DNA of 40,625 nucleotides, taken from contig DATLVT010000603.1 of assembly GCA_035577105.1 (NCBI GenBank), positions 1-40,625 of the forward strand. Reading direction: 5' to 3'. Below, piece by piece: positions 8,189 to 16,105 of this stretch. The first letter of the stretch is position 1. Every line of letters starts with the position of its first letter. Source of the stretch: Polyangia bacterium (GTDB lineage Bacteria > Myxococcota_A > Polyangia > Fen-1088). A program made the translations under genes and the position numbers. Under the pieces are notes generated by a model. It was not told the DNA's origin. It searched no databases and was given only the letters and a program-made list of their open reading frames with translations.

Positions 8189-8587
8189 GTGGCGACGACG
8201 CCGCGTCCCTACGGCACCGGGCCTTACGGCATCGGTGTCTACGAACGCTATCTGGGCACGCTTTACGATGTCGGCGGCGCCAGTCAGATACAGCTGCAGG
8301 CGAAACTGGCGGCGCATCGGGTCTATCGGGCGCGTGCCGCCAGCCAGATCGTGTTCGGGGCGCATTCGGTGCTGCTGCGCCTGGTGCTGGCACGGGGCGC
8401 CACCGGGGTGACGTTCACATCCCAGGCGGCGGTGGCACGGGTCAGGATAGTGCATCCGGTGACACAAATCGAGTTCGTCGTGTCCACCGTCGCGCTGGAG
8501 AACTGGACCGCCCTGGCGGTTTGCGCCGCCGGCGGCTGGGGGCCGCCGCCTGACTGTGAAACAGGGACGTGGGGACAGGCGGCATGA
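8189..8587 (+). CDS. Hypothetical tail-module protein (GTG start)
   Basis: N-terminal YGTGPYGIGVYE motif is typical of small phage tail proteins. Its stop overlaps ATG 8584. Confidence 0.5.
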   Translation: MATTPRPYGTGPYGIGVYERYLGTLYDVGGASQIQLQAKLAAHRVYRARAASQIVFGAHSVLLRLVLARGATGVTFTSQAAVARVRIVHPVTQIEFVVSTVALENWTALAVCAAGGWGPPPDCETGTWGQAA

Positions 8588-10260
8588 GCGGCACTGATTA
8601 CACCCTGACACCGAATTATGGCCTGTTCAAACCGGTCCCCGGCATGGACGCCGATGTCTGGGGCGGCCACTGGAATCAGAACGCCGACAAGCTCGATACG
8701 ACAATGAAAGGTTTCCTGCCGCTGGCCGGCGGCACGATGCTCGGCGACCTGATCCTGAACAGAGATCCGACCCTCGCGTTGGGCGCGGCGACGAAACAAT
8801 ACGTTGATAATACGTTTATCACCCCGGCGACGGGAGACGCCCGCTGGGTGAACGTGACCGGCGACACGATGACCGGCGACCTGATCCTGAACGCGAACCC
8901 GACCATCGCGTTGCAGGCGGCGACGAAGTCTTATGTCGACACCAACACGATCACGCCGGCGGCGGGTGATGCCCGTTGGGTAAACACGACCGGCGACACG
9001 ATGACCGGCCCGCTGAGTATCGTCAACTCGCTGGCGATCAACGCGGCGGCCGGGAGCTGGTCGAGCCTCACCATGACGCGCGTGTCCGGCCAGGGCGCGC
9101 AGATCGCCGGCTACACCGGATCAAATCCGCGCTGGGCCATGACTCTCTGCGACGCGACGGTGGAGGGCGGCGGCAACGCCGGGTCGAATTTCAACATTAG
9201 TCGTTTCGATGACGCGGGCAATTATCTTGGCTCGCCGCTCTCCATTACACGCTCGACCGGCGTCGTGAACATCGCGCAGGCGCTGGGCGTGGGCGGCGCG
9301 CTGACTGTCAACGGTCTTGTCGGCGTCAACAACAACATCCTGGCGCAGAATGGCGGCGGCAACGCTTTCATCGGTTCGCACCATGTCGGCAACAGCGCCG
9401 TCGGGATGTGGAACGCCAACAATGTCCTGTATTTCGGTAACGCTGACGCCGCCGGGGTCGCTCAGGCGCCACAGCGCGCGTATCTCGACGCGGGCGGGTC
9501 GCTGAACATCAGCGGCAACTTAGTCAGCCAGGGCTACATCATGAACGCCGGCGGCGTCATGTATGTCGCCGGGAACTACAACTATTACATGGGCCGCGAC
9601 AACACCAACGGCCTGTGGCGGATCGTCGACAACGGAAACGTCCTGTCGAGCATGGACGCCAACGGCGCCATGACGTTCGCGGGAACAGTCATGGCCGGGG
9701 GCGGGATTTATCCCGACAACAGCGGTCAGTGGACTTTGTATAACGACGGGAACAGCAACCGCGTTTTCAGATGGCAGGGCGGCTATCTTCACAGCTGGAG
9801 CGCCACCAGCGGCGCGCTGTCCTACTTTGTTCCGCTGGGTAATCAATGGTATTTCCCCAACGACGGGTCGGGGATCAACTGGATCGCGTGGGTCGGTGGC
9901 GTCGGCCCTTATCGCGACGTCTCCGATGAGCGAACCAAGACCGACATCGCCCCGGCCGGGCACGGCCTCGACGCGGTCCTCGCGCTTCAGCCGATCCTGT
10001 TCCGCAGATGGTTCCAGGGGAAGAAGGATTACGCCGATCGCGTGGAACTCGGCTTCGGCGCGCGACAGGTGCGTGATGTGCTGCCCGAGGCGGTGACCGA
10101 GGTCGCGCGTTCACCGCGACAATGGGACGCGCCCGGCACGCCCGTCAGCGGCGATCCGATCCTCGCCGTCGCGCTCACGCCGATCGTCGCGGCGGTGGTC
10201 AACGCGGTCAAAACACTGCACGCGCGCCTTGACGTGATCGAAACGAAGGGAGCCGCCTGA
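8584..10260 (+). CDS. Tail fibre with C-terminal intramolecular-chaperone (peptidase S74) domain
   Basis: SDERTKTDIAP...LQPILFRR matches the S74 auto-cleavage motif. N-terminal YTLTPNYGLFKP fibre motif. About 2.5 internal repeats of roughly 38 aa (GDARWVN.TGDTMTG.L...). The ATG overlaps the upstream stop as ATGA. Confidence 0.85.
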   Translation: MSGTDYTLTPNYGLFKPVPGMDADVWGGHWNQNADKLDTTMKGFLPLAGGTMLGDLILNRDPTLALGAATKQYVDNTFITPATGDARWVNVTGDTMTGDLILNANPTIALQAATKSYVDTNTITPAAGDARWVNTTGDTMTGPLSIVNSLAINAAAGSWSSLTMTRVSGQGAQIAGYTGSNPRWAMTLCDATVEGGGNAGSNFNISRFDDAGNYLGSPLSITRSTGVVNIAQALGVGGALTVNGLVGVNNNILAQNGGGNAFIGSHHVGNSAVGMWNANNVLYFGNADAAGVAQAPQRAYLDAGGSLNISGNLVSQGYIMNAGGVMYVAGNYNYYMGRDNTNGLWRIVDNGNVLSSMDANGAMTFAGTVMAGGGIYPDNSGQWTLYNDGNSNRVFRWQGGYLHSWSATSGALSYFVPLGNQWYFPNDGSGINWIAWVGGVGPYRDVSDERTKTDIAPAGHGLDAVLALQPILFRRWFQGKKDYADRVELGFGARQVRDVLPEAVTEVARSPRQWDAPGTPVSGDPILAVALTPIVAAVVNAVKTLHARLDVIETKGAA

Positions 10261-10439
10261 TGCCGGACACGATGACCGTCGAGGCCCCCGTCCCGCCCCG
10301 GCTGATCCAACCCACCGATCGACTCAGCGTGACGCTGGAGGCGCGGCAATGGGAGGCGGTCATGTCGCTGCTCTCCGAAGCGCCATATCGTGTCTCGGCG
10401 GCGCTGATCGACGCCATACGCGGCCAGTGCGTGAACTGA
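10260..10439 (+). CDS. Small hypothetical protein (59 aa, below the ORF-track cutoff)
   Basis: ATG overlaps the fibre stop as TGATG. High third-position GC. Ends 12 nt before the next gene's strong Shine-Dalgarno. Confidence 0.4.
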   Translation: MPDTMTVEAPVPPRLIQPTDRLSVTLEARQWEAVMSLLSEAPYRVSAALIDAIRGQCVN

Positions 10440-10451
10440 AGGAGGGAGGCC

Positions 10452-10766
10452 ATGCCGACCAACGCCGGCGAGATGACGCAGACGCCGCCCGGCGACCCGC
10501 AATGGGTCGCGTCCGACGGCAAATATCATCACGGTTACGTCAACCAGCCCAATCCGGCCCGGCCGCATACCGGCGTCTCGACCGGCACCCGTCGCGATTT
10601 TCGCCGCCGCAATGGTTGGCTCGGCTCGAGGGGGATCGGCGGCTGGATGGTCCGCGTGCCGCGCGACCCGGCCGGGACGTGGTTCATCTCGCTGGCCGAC
10701 GACAGCAGCGAGACGACCCTGGTGAACCCGCCGACGGCGATGAAGCCGCCGGCCGGGGTGCGCTGA
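10452..10766 (+). CDS. Hypothetical protein
   Basis: Strong AAGGAGGGAGG Shine-Dalgarno before ATG 10452. High third-position GC. Its stop overlaps ATG 10766. Confidence 0.6.
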   Translation: MPTNAGEMTQTPPGDPQWVASDGKYHHGYVNQPNPARPHTGVSTGTRRDFRRRNGWLGSRGIGGWMVRVPRDPAGTWFISLADDSSETTLVNPPTAMKPPAGVR

Positions 10767-11839
10767 TGCCCGATACCTACACGCCGGGCCTGGCGCTGAT
10801 CAAACCGGAGGTCGGCGCCTCGCGCGACAGTTGGGGTTCCAAAACGAACACCAACTGGGACACGCTCGACCAGTTCGTTTCGCAGGCCATGCCGATCGGC
10901 GCGGTGCTGGACTTCGCCGGCCCCAACGCGCCGTCCGGCTGGCTGATCTGTGACGGTCGCGCGGTCAGCCGCACGACCTACAGCGACCTGTTCGCCGTCA
11001 TCGGCACGTACTGGGGCGCCGGCGACGGCTCGACGACGTTCACCCTGCCCAACCCGACCGGCCGCGCCTCGATCGGACCCGGGACGGTGACCGACCAGGC
11101 CGGCCAGACCGCGACATTCGGCTTCGCCACCACGGCCGGCTACGTCTGGAACACGATCGCGCAGGCGCATCTGCCGAATTACGCGCTTTACATCGACGCG
11201 CAGGGCCAGCACAGCCACGGCGGCGCCAGCGTGGCGGCCGGCGGGCACAGTCACACCACCGACGCGCAGGGCAATCACAGCCACGGCGGCGGGACGACGA
11301 ACAACAACCTCGACCACACGCACAGCGGCTCGACCGATACGCAAGGCGATCATAATCACAGCTACACGCAAACCGTGACGAATAACGGCGACTTCATCGG
11401 CTCCGGTCATCCCGGCGTTTCGCAGACCGGCGCGTTCACCAGCGTCGCCGGGGCGCACGCGCACAACGTCTCGACCGGCGGCGCCAGCACGGCGCACTCG
11501 CACGGCATTTACGCTGACGGCAGCCACGCGCATAACATCAGCTGGGTCGGCGATCACCAGCACGCGATTTACGCTGATGGCAACCACACTCACAATGTTT
11601 ACCTGAACGGCTCGGGGCAGGCCTTCGAAGTGCTGTCGCCGGTCATGGTGGTGACCAAGATCATCTACGCTGGCAATCAGGCCTCGACCCGCGCCGCGCT
11701 GACCGCCGCCCCGGCGGCGGCATCGGCCGACGCGGCCGAGGAGATGGCGACGATCCGCGAGGAGCTGGCGGCATTGCGGGCCATGCTCATGCCGGCCACG
11801 CGGCGGGTCGTGAGCACCCCCGGCCGGGGTCCGCACTGA
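10766..11839 (+). CDS. Tail-collar-domain fibre protein with an HxH repeat array
   Basis: PIGAVLDFAGPNAPSGWLICDGRAVSRTTYSDLFAVIGTYWGAGDGSTTFTLPNPTGRA matches the phage tail collar domain. Ten HxH motifs follow. The real start is MPDTYTPGLALIKP, not the ORF-track start at 10349. Confidence 0.85.
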   Translation: MPDTYTPGLALIKPEVGASRDSWGSKTNTNWDTLDQFVSQAMPIGAVLDFAGPNAPSGWLICDGRAVSRTTYSDLFAVIGTYWGAGDGSTTFTLPNPTGRASIGPGTVTDQAGQTATFGFATTAGYVWNTIAQAHLPNYALYIDAQGQHSHGGASVAAGGHSHTTDAQGNHSHGGGTTNNNLDHTHSGSTDTQGDHNHSYTQTVTNNGDFIGSGHPGVSQTGAFTSVAGAHAHNVSTGGASTAHSHGIYADGSHAHNISWVGDHQHAIYADGNHTHNVYLNGSGQAFEVLSPVMVVTKIIYAGNQASTRAALTAAPAAASADAAEEMATIREELAALRAMLMPATRRVVSTPGRGPH

Positions 11840-13389
11840 TGCCCCGGGTCACGCAGGCGCCGCCGCCGGGCGTGGTCCGCAACGCCACGCCAGAGGCGAC
11901 CCCCGGGCGGTGGTGGGATACCAACCTGATCCGCTTCCGGGGCGGGCAGCTGCAGCCGATCGGCGGCAACGTCGCGGTGCCAGGTGCTGCGGTCAGCGAC
12001 ATGCCGCGCGATCTGCTGACGTGGCACGACAACGATCATGTGCGCTGGGCCGCGTTCGGCACGGATACGAAACTTTACGTCTATCGCTTCGACCTCGCTG
12101 AGCTGATCGACATCACCCCGGCCGGTGTCGGCGCGCTCGACCCGCCCGGGGCGCGGATCGGCTACGGCCTCGCGGACTATGGCGACGCGGCCTACGGCAC
12201 CGCGCGCGACCCGGCCGATATCGGGCCGCAGGATATCGCGGCGACGATGGGCGATATGTGGTCGCTCGATACGTTCGGCGAGGACCTGTTGGTGGTGCCG
12301 ACCCAGGACGGGCATCTGTTCCGCTGGTCGCCGACGACGCCCACCGCCGTGGCCGCGCTGGTGCCCAACGCGCCGGACCAGAACCGTGGCGTCATCGTCA
12401 CCGATCAACGCCATGTGGTTTTGTTGGGCGCCGGCGGCGATCCGCGCATGATCGCCTGGAGCGATCAGGAAAACCCCGACGTGTGGACCGCCGACGTGAC
12501 CAACCTCGCCGGCGACAAATTGTTACAGACGCAATCCTACGCGATGACGGCGAAGAAAGTTTCGGATGGCGTCCTGATATTCACCGCCAACGATGTGCAT
12601 AAGATGCAATATGTGGGCGCGCCCTACGCCTACGGCATCGTGCAGATCGCGGCCGGGTGCGGGCCGCTCTCGCCGCGCGCGGTCGCCGGCGTCGGTTCGT
12701 TCCTGGCGTGGCCCGGCCTGCAGACGTTCTGGAGCTACACCGGCGGCAGCGTCACGCCATTGAAATGTGACGTGCAGGACTGGTTTTTCTCGCTGGTGAA
12801 CCGGACCATGGCGGGGCGTGTGTTCAGCGGTCCCAATCCTTCCTTTTCGGAACTCTGGTGGGACTGGCCGGATGAAGGCGCGCTGGAGTGTGATCGCTAC
12901 ATCGTATTGAATTATTCCGATCCGGCGCACCCGTGGGCGATCGGCGCGCGGACGCGGACGGCGGCTGATCCGTCCGGCACCATGGACTACCCGATCATGG
13001 GCGGCCCGCTGGGCGCCGGCGGGTCTTTGTTCCTGCACGAGTATGGCTGGCTCGATAACGGCGTGCCGCGTGCCCCGGCGGGCGAGATCTACGCCGAAAG
13101 CGGCAACATCACGCTGGGCGAGGGCGACAGGCGCCTGCACGTGCGTCAGCTCGTGTTCGACGCCGCCGGCGGCGTGGCGGACATGATCGGATACCGCTTC
13201 TTCGTCCGCGAGCAGCCCTACGACGCGGCCGGCGAGTATGATACAGGGCTTTATACCGAGATCCACGAGGGTCTGATGGATATGCGTTTCAGCGGCAGAT
13301 CGATCCGCATGCGAATGGAAGCCCTGGCCGATGACACCTTCGCGGTGGGCCGTCCGCGCCTCGACGTCAAGCCCGGCGGGTCGCGCTGA
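11839..13389 (+). CDS. Virion structural protein (tail or nozzle-associated); function not resolved
   Basis: 516 aa, coupled to flanking genes by TGATG overlaps. Trp/Asp-rich repeated strands suggest a beta-rich fold. Confidence 0.6.
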   Translation: MPRVTQAPPPGVVRNATPEATPGRWWDTNLIRFRGGQLQPIGGNVAVPGAAVSDMPRDLLTWHDNDHVRWAAFGTDTKLYVYRFDLAELIDITPAGVGALDPPGARIGYGLADYGDAAYGTARDPADIGPQDIAATMGDMWSLDTFGEDLLVVPTQDGHLFRWSPTTPTAVAALVPNAPDQNRGVIVTDQRHVVLLGAGGDPRMIAWSDQENPDVWTADVTNLAGDKLLQTQSYAMTAKKVSDGVLIFTANDVHKMQYVGAPYAYGIVQIAAGCGPLSPRAVAGVGSFLAWPGLQTFWSYTGGSVTPLKCDVQDWFFSLVNRTMAGRVFSGPNPSFSELWWDWPDEGALECDRYIVLNYSDPAHPWAIGARTRTAADPSGTMDYPIMGGPLGAGGSLFLHEYGWLDNGVPRAPAGEIYAESGNITLGEGDRRLHVRQLVFDAAGGVADMIGYRFFVREQPYDAAGEYDTGLYTEIHEGLMDMRFSGRSIRMRMEALADDTFAVGRPRLDVKPGGSR

Positions 13390-13616
13390 TGGCGGTGCGT
13401 CCGGTCAGCTACGCGCCGGCCCCGTTCGCGGTCCCCGCCGGCGGCACGATCGAGGACCGTTTCAACGCCATCGCGATCGAGCTGAACCGCAAGGCGAACG
13501 CCGGCACGGCGGGGCCGGCGTTCAGGTTCATCGGCATGATCTCGCCCAACGGCACGACCTGGCGGCTGTCGGTCGATGACGCCGGCGTCGTCCACACCGA
13601 GGTGGTCCCCAGATGA
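13389..13616 (+). CDS. Small hypothetical protein
   Basis: Coupled start. The C-terminus SPNGTTWRLSVDDAGVVHTEVV resembles that of the next ORF. Confidence 0.5.
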   Translation: MAVRPVSYAPAPFAVPAGGTIEDRFNAIAIELNRKANAGTAGPAFRFIGMISPNGTTWRLSVDDAGVVHTEVVPR

Positions 13617-13813
13617 GCGTTTCCACGCGTCCGCCGCCACCGCCCCGCCCGGCCGCGATCGTCCCCGTCCCGGCCGGCACGCCGCTGACGCCGGCGAAGG
13701 AGATCCCCGAGCTGCCCCTGGTCAGCGCGATCCTGTTCCGCGCCACCGATGGCTCCACGTGGAGGATGCGGATCTCACCGACCGGGACGCTGCTGATCGA
13801 TCCGGCGCCGTGA
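13613..13813 (+). CDS. Small hypothetical protein, weak paralogue of 13389-13616
   Basis: ATGA overlap. C-terminus ATDGSTWRMRISPTGTLLID. Confidence 0.45.
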   Translation: MSVSTRPPPPPRPAAIVPVPAGTPLTPAKEIPELPLVSAILFRATDGSTWRMRISPTGTLLIDPAP

Positions 13814-14193
13814 CCGAAGACGAGCGTCGCCGCCGGATCGAGCGGGCGCTGGCCTACGGCGGCACGCACGACCTCGGCGACCTCGCCGACCTGATCCAGA
13901 AGGGCGAGGCGCAATGGTGGCAGGATGACAGCGGCGAGGGCATGATCGTCACCGAGATCCACGCGTATCCGAAACTGAAGGCGCTGAGCTACTGGCTGAT
14001 CGCCGGTGAGCTGCGGGCCTGCCTCGCGCTGGAGGACCGCATCAACGCCTGGGGCGTCGGGCAGGGCTGCACCATCGCGATATCGACCGGACGCAAGGGC
14101 TGGGTGCGCGCGGCGGCGGCGACCGGCTGGCGGCCGAGGCCGCATATGTTCCCGGTGTGGAAACCCCTGGTCGGCGAGGAGCCGGGCGCGTGA
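13810..14193 (+). CDS. Hypothetical conserved phage protein (GTG start)
   Basis: GTG overlaps the upstream stop. The composition from VTEDERRRRIERALAYGG onward is protein-like. The upstream part of ORF 13576-14193 is off-frame read-through. Confidence 0.55.
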   Translation: MTEDERRRRIERALAYGGTHDLGDLADLIQKGEAQWWQDDSGEGMIVTEIHAYPKLKALSYWLIAGELRACLALEDRINAWGVGQGCTIAISTGRKGWVRAAAATGWRPRPHMFPVWKPLVGEEPGA

Positions 14194-15356
14194 GCAAAAG
14201 CAAGCCGCAGACCGAAACCACGGCGACCAACACCTCCACCCAGATCCCCGACTGGCTGACCAGTGCCGCGCAGGGGGCGGTCGGGCGGGCGCAGGATCTC
14301 AGCAACAGGCAATACGATCCCTATACCGGGCAGGTCGTCGCCACGCCCGGGGCGGATATTCAGCAGTCCTACCAACAGGTCCGCGATCTGCAGGGGCAGC
14401 AACAGCCGGCCTATGACGCCAGCAAGGCGGCGTTCACCGGCATGCTCGGGCAGGTGGCGCCGATCACCGCCGGCGGGGTCAACGACACCGCCGGCCAGCT
14501 CTACGGCGGCTATCAGCAGAACGTGATGAACCCGGCGCAGGGGCTGCTCGGCGGCTACCTCCAGGGCGGCCCGGCGACGGCGGCCCAGGTGGGCGCCAAC
14601 GCGCAGGCGCTGATGAATCCTTACACCCAGCAGGTGATCGATCCGACGATCGCCGCCGGCCAGCAGCAGCTCGCGCTGGCGAACCAGGGTATCGCCGGGC
14701 AGGCCAACAATGTCGGGGCGTTCGGCGGCTCGCGTCAGGGCGTCCAACAGGGCGTGGCGACGGCGCAGACGGCGCTCGGCACGCAGCAACAGATCGGCAA
14801 CCTGCTCAGCAGCGGCTGGGGTCAGGCGCTGACGCCGTCCGCGCAGCTGGCGCTGCAGTCGGGCCAGCAGGCCTATGGCGCGGCGGGGCTGCTCGCCAAC
14901 CTCGGCGCGCAGGGCTACGGCGCGGCCCAGCAACAGGCCGGCAACATCGCCAACACGAACCTGCAGGCGGGCCTGACGTCGGCGCAGCAGCTGCCCGGGG
15001 TCGCGACCGCCGAGCAGGCGGCGGCGCAGAAAGACGCGTCCCTGCTGCAGACGATCGGCGCGGCGCAGCAGAACCAGCAGCAGCAGCAGCTGAACGCCCA
15101 GATGGGCCAGTTCTATGAGCAGCAGAACTGGCCCGTGCAGAACCTCGACCTCCTGCTCGGCGCCGTCGGTGGCGTGCCCTATTCGACGACCGGCACGGGC
15201 GTGAACACCGCGACCCAGAACCTGAACAAGAACGTGGCCGGCGGGGCCGTGGGCGGGGCGCTGTCGGGGGCGGCCACCGGTGCCGCCGTCAGCGGGGGCA
15301 ACCCCTATGTCGCGGCCGGTGGCGCCGTCATCGGCCTGCTGGGATCACTCGGATGA
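14190..15356 (+). CDS. Gln-rich internal-virion/ejection-type protein with C-terminal glycine-zipper membrane segment (GTG start)
   Basis: Composition. C-terminus GGAVGGALSGAATGAAVSGGNPYVAAGGAVIGLLGSLG. Position in the ejection-protein block. Confidence 0.6.
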   Translation: MSKSKPQTETTATNTSTQIPDWLTSAAQGAVGRAQDLSNRQYDPYTGQVVATPGADIQQSYQQVRDLQGQQQPAYDASKAAFTGMLGQVAPITAGGVNDTAGQLYGGYQQNVMNPAQGLLGGYLQGGPATAAQVGANAQALMNPYTQQVIDPTIAAGQQQLALANQGIAGQANNVGAFGGSRQGVQQGVATAQTALGTQQQIGNLLSSGWGQALTPSAQLALQSGQQAYGAAGLLANLGAQGYGAAQQQAGNIANTNLQAGLTSAQQLPGVATAEQAAAQKDASLLQTIGAAQQNQQQQQLNAQMGQFYEQQNWPVQNLDLLLGAVGGVPYSTTGTGVNTATQNLNKNVAGGAVGGALSGAATGAAVSGGNPYVAAGGAVIGLLGSLG

Positions 15357-15781
15357 GCGGCATCACCCTCGACCCCGCCCTCCTCGCCAACCTCAACGCC
15401 GGGGTCACGGCGGCCGGCGGCGATATCCCCGACCTGGGCGTCACCGGCGATCTGAAGGGCAGTAACCCTTTCGCCGCGTATTTCCCGACCTACGCCGGCG
15501 GCACCGACACATCGGGCGCCAGCTCGGGCGACCTGGCCAAGACGCTGGCCGGCCTCGGCAAGATCTCTGGCGGCGGCGCATCCAGCGGTGGCGCGCCACC
15601 GGCCGCCGCCGCCCCGGGCATGGGTCAGGCCGGCTCGCCGCGCCGGCCGGTCAACCTTGAGCAGCTGATCCAGTTGCTGCGGCAGCGGCAGGAGGGGCTG
15701 CTCAACAGCGCGACAGGCGTCGGTCAGCAGGCCGGGCAGCCCCTGCCGGCGCCACGCACGACCGGGCTGCTGGGGTTTTAG
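15353..15781 (+). CDS. Gly/Ala-rich hypothetical virion protein
   Basis: ATGA coupling. C-terminal LEQLIQLLRQRQ...TGLLGF motif. Confidence 0.5.
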   Translation: MSGITLDPALLANLNAGVTAAGGDIPDLGVTGDLKGSNPFAAYFPTYAGGTDTSGASSGDLAKTLAGLGKISGGGASSGGAPPAAAAPGMGQAGSPRRPVNLEQLIQLLRQRQEGLLNSATGVGQQAGQPLPAPRTTGLLGF

Positions 15782-15784
15782 GCC

Positions 15785-16093
15785 ATGGCGGACAACACGA
15801 CACCACCTGACGATCCGGACAAGCAGACGTGGACGCCGCCCGGCAACTGGCGAGATCCGACCAGCCAGAGCAATGATTTCTGGACCAATCTGGCGCAGGC
15901 GCAGGGCATCGCGCAGCACCCGCAAGGGGCCGCGCAACAACAATCCCTGGCGGCGGCCGGCTGGACGGCGCAGCCATCGCCGCAGCAGCAGGTCAGCCCG
16001 CAGACGCTGCAACAGATCGTGCAGATGTTGCAGCAGCGCCAGCCCGGGGTGGCGCGACCCGCGACCCCCGGCCTGCTCGGCGCGGCGGTGTAA
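15785..16093 (+). CDS. Gln-rich hypothetical virion protein
   Basis: C-terminal LQQIVQMLQQRQ...PGLLGAAV motif is shared with the preceding ORF. Confidence 0.5.
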   Translation: MADNTTPPDDPDKQTWTPPGNWRDPTSQSNDFWTNLAQAQGIAQHPQGAAQQQSLAAAGWTAQPSPQQQVSPQTLQQIVQMLQQRQPGVARPATPGLLGAAV

Positions 16094-16105
16094 CAAGGGG
16101 CGACC

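Noticed and set aside
10349-10765. N-terminal 139 aa of the ORF-track version of the collar fibre (10349-11839)
   Set aside because: The Arg-rich off-frame translation overlaps two better-supported small genes. The true start is ATG 10766 (MPDTYTPGLALIKP), coupled to the upstream stop.
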